From NCBI RefSeq assembly GCF_009914755.1, contig NC_060933.1: 64,000 bases of DNA; one strand, given 5' to 3'. Each line of letters begins with the position of its first letter. The first letter of the stretch is position 1. The position numbers were made by a program, and so were the translations under genes. This document shows, one piece after another, positions 56,680 to 64,000 of this stretch. Below the pieces are notes generated by a model that was given only the letters and a program-made list of their open reading frames with translations, was not told where the DNA came from and did no database searches. The DNA is from the human T2T-CHM13v2.0 reference genome, Homo sapiens.

Positions 56680-59600
56680 TCCATTCCATTACATTCGGAT
56701 TGATTGTATTCAATTCCCTTACACTCCATTTCATTCCATTCCATTCGGGTTGTTTCCATGTCATTCCCTTCCATTCCACTCCATTCCATTGCACTCGGGT
56801 TGATTCCATTCCATTCCATTCCATTCTATTCCATTTCGTTCCATTCCATTCTATTCGGAACCATTCCATTCCATTCCATTCCATTCCATTCCATTCCATG
56901 CCATTCCACTTGGGTTGATTCCCTTCCTTTCCATTCCATTCGGGTTGAATCCATTCCATTCCATTCCATTCCATTCCATTCCATTCCATTCCTTTCCATT
57001 CCATTGCACACGGGTTGATTCCATTCCATTCCTTTCTGTTCCATTCCGGATGACTCCATTCCATTGCATTCCATTCCATTCCATTCCCCTGCACTCGGGT
57101 TCATTACATTCCATTCCATTTACTTCCATTCCATTCCATTCCATTCCATTCCATTCTATTCGGGTTAATTCCATTCCATTCCATTCCATTCCATTCCATT
57201 CCATTCCATTCCGTTCCATTCAATTCCATTACATTCGGATTGATTCTTTTTAATTCCCTTACACTCCATTACATTCTATTCCATTCGGGTAGTTTCCATA
57301 CCATTCCATTCCATTCCACTGCATTCTATTGCAGTCGGGTTGATTGATTCCATTCCATTGCATGCCATTCCATTCCATTCCATTCCGGATGATTCCATTC
57401 CATTGCATTCCATTGCATTCCATTCCCCTGTACTCGGGTTGATCCCATTCCATTGCATTCCATTCCATTCCATTCCATTCCATTCCATTCCGTTCCGTTC
57501 CATTCCATTCCCTTCCATTCTGTTCAGGTTAATTCCATTCCATTCCATTCCCTTCCATTCCATTCCATTCCATTCCATTCCATTCCATTCCATGCCATTC
57601 CACTCGGGTTGATTCCATTCCTTTCCATTCCATTCGAGTTGAACCCATTCCATTCCATTCCATTCCATTCCACTCGGGTTGATTCCATTCCTTTCCATTC
57701 CATTCGGGTTGAAACCATTCCATTCCATTCCATTCCTTTCGATTCCATTCCATTTCACTCGGGTTGATCCCATTCCATTGCATTCCATTCCATTCCATTG
57801 CATTCCATTCCGTTCCATTCCATTCCATTACATTCGTATTGATTCTATTCAATTCCCTTACTCTCCATTACATTCCATTCCATTCGAGTTGTTTCCATTC
57901 CATTCCATTCCATTCCACTCCATTCCATTGCTATCGGGTTGATTCCATTCCATTCCATTGCATTCCATTCCATTCCATTCCATTCCGTATGATTCCATTC
58001 CATTGCATTCCATTCCATTCCATTCCCCTGCACTCGGGTGGATTCCATTCTATTCCATTCCATTCCATTCCATTCCATTCCATTCCATTCCATTCTATTC
58101 GGGTTAATATCATTCCATTCCATTCCATTCCCTTCCATTGCATTCCATTCCATTTCATTCCATTCCATTCAAATCGAGTTGATTCCATTCCATTCCATTC
58201 CATTCCATTCCATTCCATTCCATTCCATTCTATTCGGGTTAATTCCATTCCATTCCATTCCATTCCATTCCCTTCCATTCCATTCTATTCCATTCCATTC
58301 CATTCCATTCCATTCTAGTAGGGTTAATTCCATTCCATTCCATTCCATTCCATTCCATTCCATTCCATTCCATTCCATTCCTTTCCATTCCATTGCAATC
58401 GAGTTGATTCCATTCCATTCCATTCCGTTCCATTCCATTCCATTCCATTCAATTCCATTGAACTCGGGTTGATTCCATTCCATTCCATGCCATTCCATTT
58501 CATTCCATTCCATTCCATTCCATTCCATTCCATTCCATTCCTTTCCATTCCTTTCCGTTCCATTCAATTACATTCGGATTGATTGATTGATTCTATTGAT
58601 TCTATTCAATTCCCTTACACTCCAATACATTCTATTCCATTCGTGTTGTTTCCATTCTATTCCATTCCATTCCACTCCATTCCATTGCACTCTGGTTGAT
58701 TCCATTCCATTCCCTTCCATTCCGTATGACTCCATTCCATTTCATTCCATTGCTTTGCTTTCCCCTGCACTCGAGTTGATTACATTCCATTCCCTTCCTT
58801 TACGTTCCATTCCATTCTATTCGGGTTAATTCCATTCCATTCCATTACATTCCATTCCCTTCCATTCCATTCCATTCCATTCCATTCCATTCCATTCGAT
58901 TCTATTCGGGTTAATTCCATTCCATTCCATTCCATTCCATTCCATTCCATTCCATTGCAATCGAGTTGATTCCATTCCATTCCATTCCATTCCATTCCAA
59001 TCCATTCCGGATGATTCCATTCCATTGCCTTTCATTCCATTCCATTACCATGCACTCGGGTTGTTTCCATTCCATTCCATTCCATTCCATTCCATTCCAT
59101 TTCATTGCACACGGGTTCATTCCATTCCATTCCATTCCATTCCGTTCCATTCCATTCCGTTCCATTCCATTCCATTCCATTCTGTTCAGGTTAATTCCAT
59201 TCTATTCCTTTCCCTTCCATTCCATTCCATTCCATCCCATTGCAATCGAGTTCATTCCATTGCATTCCATTCCATTACATTCCATTGCATTCCATTCCAT
59301 TCCATTCCCCTGCACTCAGGTTGATTCCATTCGATTCCATTCCATTCCATTCCATTCCATTCCGTTCCATTCCATTCCATTCCATTCTATTCGCGTTAAT
59401 TGCATTCCATTCCATTCCATTACATTCCATTGCAATCGAGTTGATTCCATTCCATTACGTTCCATTCCATTCCATTCCATTCCATTTCATTCCATTCCAT
59501 TCTATTCCGTACCATTCCATTCCATTCCATTCCATTCCATTCCATTCCATTCCATTCCATGCCATTCCACTCGGGTTGATTCCATTGCTTTCCATTCCAT

Positions 59601-62600
59601 TTGGGTTGAATCCATTCCATTCCATTCCATTCCATTCCATTCCATTCCATTCCATTGCACTAGGTTTGATTCCATTCCACTGCATTCCATTCCATTCCAT
59701 TCCATTCCGTTCCATTCCATTCCATTACATTCGGATTGATTGTATTCAATTCCCTTACACTCCATTTCATTCCATTCCATTCGGGTTGTTTCCATGTCAT
59801 TCCATTCCATTCCACTCCATTCCATTGCACTCGGGTTGATTCCATTCCATTCCATTCCATTCTATTCCATTTCGTTCCATTCCATTCTATTCGGTACCAT
59901 TCCATTACATTCCATTCCATTCCATTCCATTCCATTCCATTCCATGCCATTCCACTTGGGTTGATTCCCTTCCTTTCCATTCCATTCGGGTTGAATCCAT
60001 TCCATTCCATTCCATTCCATTCCATTCCATTCCATTCCTTTCCATTCCATTGCACACGGGTTGATTGCATTCCATTCCTTTCTGTTCCATTCCGGATGAC
60101 TCCATTCCATTGCATTCCATTCCATTCCATTCCCCTGCACTCGGGTTCATTACATTCCATTCCATTTACTTCCATTCCATTCCATTCCATTCCATTCCAT
60201 TCTATTCGGGTTAATTCCATTCCATTCCATTCCATTCCATTCCATTCCATTCCATTCCATTCCATTCCGTTCCATTCAATTCCATTACATTCGGATTGAT
60301 TCTTTTTAATTCCCTTACACTCCATTACATTCTATTCCATTCGGGTAGTTTCCATACCATTCCATTCCATTCCACTGCATTCTATTGCAGTCGGGTTGAT
60401 TGATTCCATTCCATTGCATGCCATTCCATTCCATTCCATTCCGGATGATTCCATTCCATTGCATTCCATTGCATTCCATTCCCCTGTACTCGGGTTGATC
60501 CCATTCCATTGCATTCCATTCCATTCCATTCCATTCCATTCCATTCCGTTCCGTTCCATTCCATTCCCTTCCATTCTGTTCAGGTTAATTCCATTCCATT
60601 CCATTCCCTTCCATTCCATTCCATTCCATTCCATTCCATTCCATTCCATGCCATTCCACTCGGGTTGATTCCATTCCTTTCCATTCCATTCGAGTTGAAC
60701 CCATTCCATTCCATTCCATTCCATTCCACTCGGGTTGATTCCATTCCTTTCCATTCCATTCGGGTTGAAACCATTCCATTCCATTCCATTCCTTTCGATT
60801 CCATTCCATTTCACTCGGGTTGATCCCATTCCATTGCATTCCATTCCATTCCATTGCATTCCATTCCGTTCCATTCCATTCCATTACATTCGTATTGATT
60901 CTATTCAATTCCCTTACTCTCCATTACATTCCATTCCATTCGAGTTGTTTCCATTCCATTCCATTCCATTCCACTCCATTCCATTGCTATCGGGTTGATT
61001 CCATTCCATTCCATTGCATTCCATTCCATTCCATTCCATTCCGTATGATTCCATTCAATTGCATTCCATTCCATTCCATTCCCCTGCACTCGGGTGGATT
61101 CCATTCTATTCCATTCCATTCCATTCCATTCCATTCCATTCTATTCGGGTTAATATCATTCCATTCCATTCCATTCCCTTCCATTGCATTCCATTCCATT
61201 TCATTCCATTCCATTCAAATCGAGTTGATTCCATTCCATTCCATTCCATTCCATTCCATTCCATTCCATTCCATTCCATTCTATTCGGGTTAATTCCATT
61301 CCATTCCATTCCATTCCATTCCCTTCCATTCCATTCTATTCCATTCCATTCCATTCCATTCCATTCCATTCTAGTAGGGTTAATTCCATTCCATTCCATT
61401 CCATTCCATTCCATTCCATTCCTTTCCATTCCATTGCAATCGAGTTGATTCCATTCCATTCCATTCCGTTCCATTCCATTCCATTCCATTCAATTCCATT
61501 GAACTCGGGTTGATTCCTTTCCATTCCATGCCATTCCATTTCATTCCATTCCATTCCATTCCATTCCATTCCATTGCATTCCATTCCTTTCCGTTCCATT
61601 CAATTACATTCGGATTGATTGATTGATTCTATTGATTCTATTCAATTCCCTTACACTCCAATACATTCTATTCCATTCGTGTTGTTTCCATTCTATTACA
61701 TTCCATTCCACTCCATTCCATTGCACTCTGGTTGATTCCATTCCATTCCCTTCCATTCCGTATGACTCCATTCCATTTCATTCCATTGCATTGCTTTCCC
61801 CTGCACTCGAGTTGATTACATTCCATTCCCTTCCTTTACGTTCCATTCCATTCTATTCGGGTTAATTCCATTCCATTCCATTACATTCCATTCCCTTCCA
61901 TTCCATTCCATTCCATTCCATTCCATTCCATTCGATTCTATTCGGGTTAATTCCATTCCATTCCATTCCATTCTATTCCGTTCCATTCCATTCCATTCCA
62001 TTGCAATCGAGTTGATTCCATTCCATTCCATTCCATTCCATTCCAATCCATTCCGGATGATTCCATTCCATTGCCTTTCATTCCATTCCATTACCATGCA
62101 CTCGGGTTGTTTCCATTCCATTCCATTCCATTCCATTCCATTCCATTTCATTGCACACGGGTTCATTCCATTCCATTCCATTCCATTCCGTTCCATTCCA
62201 TTCCGTTCCATTCCATTCCATTCCATTCTGTTCAGGTTAATTCCATTCTATTCCTTTCCCTTCCATTCCATTCCATTCCATCCCATTGCAATCGAGTTCA
62301 TTCCATTGCATTCCATTCCATTACATTCCATTGCATTCCATTCCATTCCATTCCCCTGCACTCAGGTTGATTCCATTCGATTCCATTCCATTCCATTCCA
62401 TTCCATTCCGTTCCATTCCATTCCATTCCATTCTATTCGCGTTAATTGCATTCCATTCCATTCCATCACATTCCATTGCAATCGAGTTGATTCCATTCCA
62501 TTCCGTTCCATTCCATTCCATTCCATTCCATTTCGTTCCATTCCATTCTATTCCGTACCATTCCATTCCATTCCATTCCATTCCATTCCATTCCATTCCA

Positions 62601-62625
62601 TTCCATTCCATTCCATGCCATGCCA
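56680..62625 (+). repeat. ~3.04 kb tandem duplication (2 copies) of the second HSat3 sub-type
   Basis: Offsets are 3036-3056 (56700->59736, 57259->60315, 58587->61623, 58966->62012). Shared private markers are CCATGTCATT, GCATGCC, GGTTAATATC, CTAGTAGGG and GATTGATTGATTCTATTGATTC. Confidence 0.9.
58575..58607 (+). repeat. (ATTG)3 / ATTGATTCT micro-duplication, 17 bp insertion (also 61611-61643)
   Basis: CGGATTGATTGATTGATTCTATTGATTCTATTC replaces the usual CGGATTGATTCTATTC. Confidence 0.85.
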
Positions 62626-63049
62626 TTCCACTCGGTTTTATTCCATTCCTTTCCATTCCATTCGGGTTGAATCCATTCCATTCCATTCCATTCCATTCGA
62701 TTCCATTACTTTGCACTCGGGTTGATTCCATTCCATTCCATTCCTTTACTTTTCATTCCATTCTACTCCATTCCATGCCATTCCACGCGGGTTTATTCCA
62801 TTCCTTTCCATTCCATTCGTGTTGAATCCATTCCATTCCATTCCATTCCATTCGATTCCATTACACTGCACTCGGGTTGATTCCATTCCATTCCATTCCA
62901 TTACATTTCATTCCATTCCATTCCTTTCCATTCCATTCCATTCCATTCCATTCCATTCCATGCCATTCCACTCGTGTTGATTCCATTCCTTTCCATTCCA
63001 TTCGAGTTGAACCCATTCCATTCCATTCCATTCCATTCCATTCCATTCC

Positions 63050-63600
63050 ATTGCACACGGGTTCATTCCATTCCATTCCATTCCATTCCGTTCCATTCCA
63101 TTCCGTTCCATTCCATTCCATTCCATTCTGTTCAGGTTAATTCCATTCTATTCCTTTCCCTTCCATTCCATTCCATTCCATCCCATTGCAATCGAGTTGA
63201 TTCCATTGCATTCCATTCCATTACATTCCATTGCATTCCATTCCATTCCATTCCCCTGCACTCAGGTTGATTCCATTCGATTCCATTCCATTCCATTCCA
63301 TTCCATTCCGTTCCATTCCATTCCATTCCATTCTATTCGCGATAATAGCATTCCATTCCATTCCATTACATTCCATTGCAATCGAGTTGATTCCATTCCA
63401 TTCCGTTCCATTCCATTCCATTCCATTCCATTTCGTTCCATTCCATTCTATTCCGTACCATTCCATTCCATTCCATTCCAATCCATTCCATTCCATTCCA
63501 TTCCATTCCATTCCATGCCATTCCACTCGGGTTGATTCCATTGCTTTCCATTCCATTTGGGTTGAATCCATTCCATTCCATTCCATTCCATTCCATTCCA
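63050..63600 (+). repeat. Third copy of a ~0.5 kb segment (also at ~59105-59650 and ~62150-62620)
   Basis: The block GCACACGGGTTCATT...CTGTTCAGGTTAA...CCTTTCCCTTCC...CTCAGGTTG...CTATTCGCG recurs at offset 900 from 62151. Confidence 0.85.
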
Positions 63601-64000
63601 TTCCATTCCTTTCCGTTCCATTCCATTCCATTCCATTCCATTCCATTCCGTTCCGTTCCGTTCCGTTCCGTTCCATTCCATTCCATTCCATTCTATTCGG
63701 GTTAATTCCATTCCATTCCATTCGATTGCAATCGAGTTGATTCCATTCCATTCCATTCCATTCCATTCCATTCCATTCCATTCCTTTCCATTCCATTACG
63801 GATGATTCCATTCCATTGCATTCCATTCCATTCCATTCCCCTGTACTCGGGTTGATTCCATTCCATTCCATTCCAATTCATGCCATTCCACTCGTGTTGA
63901 TTCCATTCTTTCCATTCCATTCAAGTTGAATCCATTACATTGCATTCCATTCCATTCGATTCCATTCGATTGCACTCGGGTTGATTCCATTCCATTGCTT
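63600..64000 (+). repeat. Resumption of 9.6 kb HOR sequence (equivalent to ~29240-29635 and ~52210-52608)
   Basis: HOR-private markers CCAATTCATGCC, GAATCCATTACATTGC and CCATTGCTT appear in order. ORF 63702..63920 is identical to 52310..52528 (offset 11392). Confidence 0.85.

Larger units (their letters stand above)
1..64000 (+). repeat. Human Satellite III (HSat3) array, (CATTC)n with interspersed A(C/T)TCGGGTTG decamers
   Basis: CATTC pentamers dominate every line. They are broken every ~30-100 bp by ACTCGGGTTG/ATTCGGGTTA/AATCGAGTTG variants, the classical Sat III signature. The dense CATTCGATTC/GATGAT pattern of HSat2 is absent. The same strand orientation holds end to end. Chromosome and subfamily cannot be assigned by eye. 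Confidence 0.97.

Noticed and set aside
6-63990. Hundreds of ORFs encoding (FHSIP)n or (MEWNG)n
   Set aside because: A 5 bp stop-free repeat gives the same pentapeptide in all three frames of each strand. The ORFs overlap in all six frames, end at recurring TGA/TAA-containing decamers, and show no domain or codon structure.
1-64000. CRISPR-like repeat/spacer array (conserved words separated by spacers)
   Set aside because: The spacers are themselves CATTC repeats of variable length rather than unique sequence, and there are no cas genes. This is eukaryotic satellite DNA.
1-64000. HSat2, DYZ1 (Yq 3.6 kb), alpha satellite or telomeric repeat identity
   Set aside because: CATTCGATTC is sparse. 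There is no 171 bp monomer, no TTAGGG array and no sustained 3.6 kb period; the 3,726 bp offset is a one-off duplication. Exact subfamily and chromosome are left unassigned.
1-64000. Embedded Alu/L1/ERV insertion or inversion breakpoint
   Set aside because: I saw no stretch of more than a few tens of bp departing from pentamer-derived sequence, no poly-A tail, and no switch to GGAAT on the + strand.
1-64000. SCA31-type pathogenic (TGGAA)n insertion
   Set aside because: The SCA31 repeat is a few kb long and sits in unique intronic sequence with TAGAA/TAAAA tracts. Here the array exceeds 64 kb and carries Sat III decamers.
1-64000. A novel gene-encoded biological system
   Set aside because: There is no supportable coding or structured-RNA gene. 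All observed structure is explained by satellite duplication, recombination and slippage.

Overview
The whole 64 kb window is one uninterrupted (CATTC)n/(GAATG)n tandem array with interspersed A(C/T)TCGGGTTG-type decamers. This is classical human/great-ape Satellite III (HSat3) pericentromeric heterochromatin, with the C-rich strand on + throughout. I see no genes, RNA genes, transposon insertions or inversions. The hundreds of ORFs (poly-FHSIP on +, poly-MEWNG on -) are artefacts of a stop-free pentamer. I found no previously undescribed gene system. The informative content is the architecture. (i) 1-27 kb is an older, shuffled mosaic of recurring sequence modules with local and dispersed duplications. 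(ii) 27.2-56.7 kb holds a near-identical ~9.6 kb higher-order repeat (HOR) in about 2.7 copies; the middle copy carries a 3,726 bp internal duplication whose crossover maps to a ~90 bp window. (iii) 56.7-63.6 kb is a different sub-type, related to 9.5-14.4 kb, with a ~3.04 kb tandem duplication; HOR sequence resumes after it. Motif-level observations are about 17 perfect three-unit heat-shock elements (aTTCc-gGAAg-aTTCc), a recurrent perfect 14 bp palindrome, and a strongly one-directional (-1) slip of the pentamer register. Coordinates, counts and offsets were read by eye and from the ORF track, so they are approximate unless stated.
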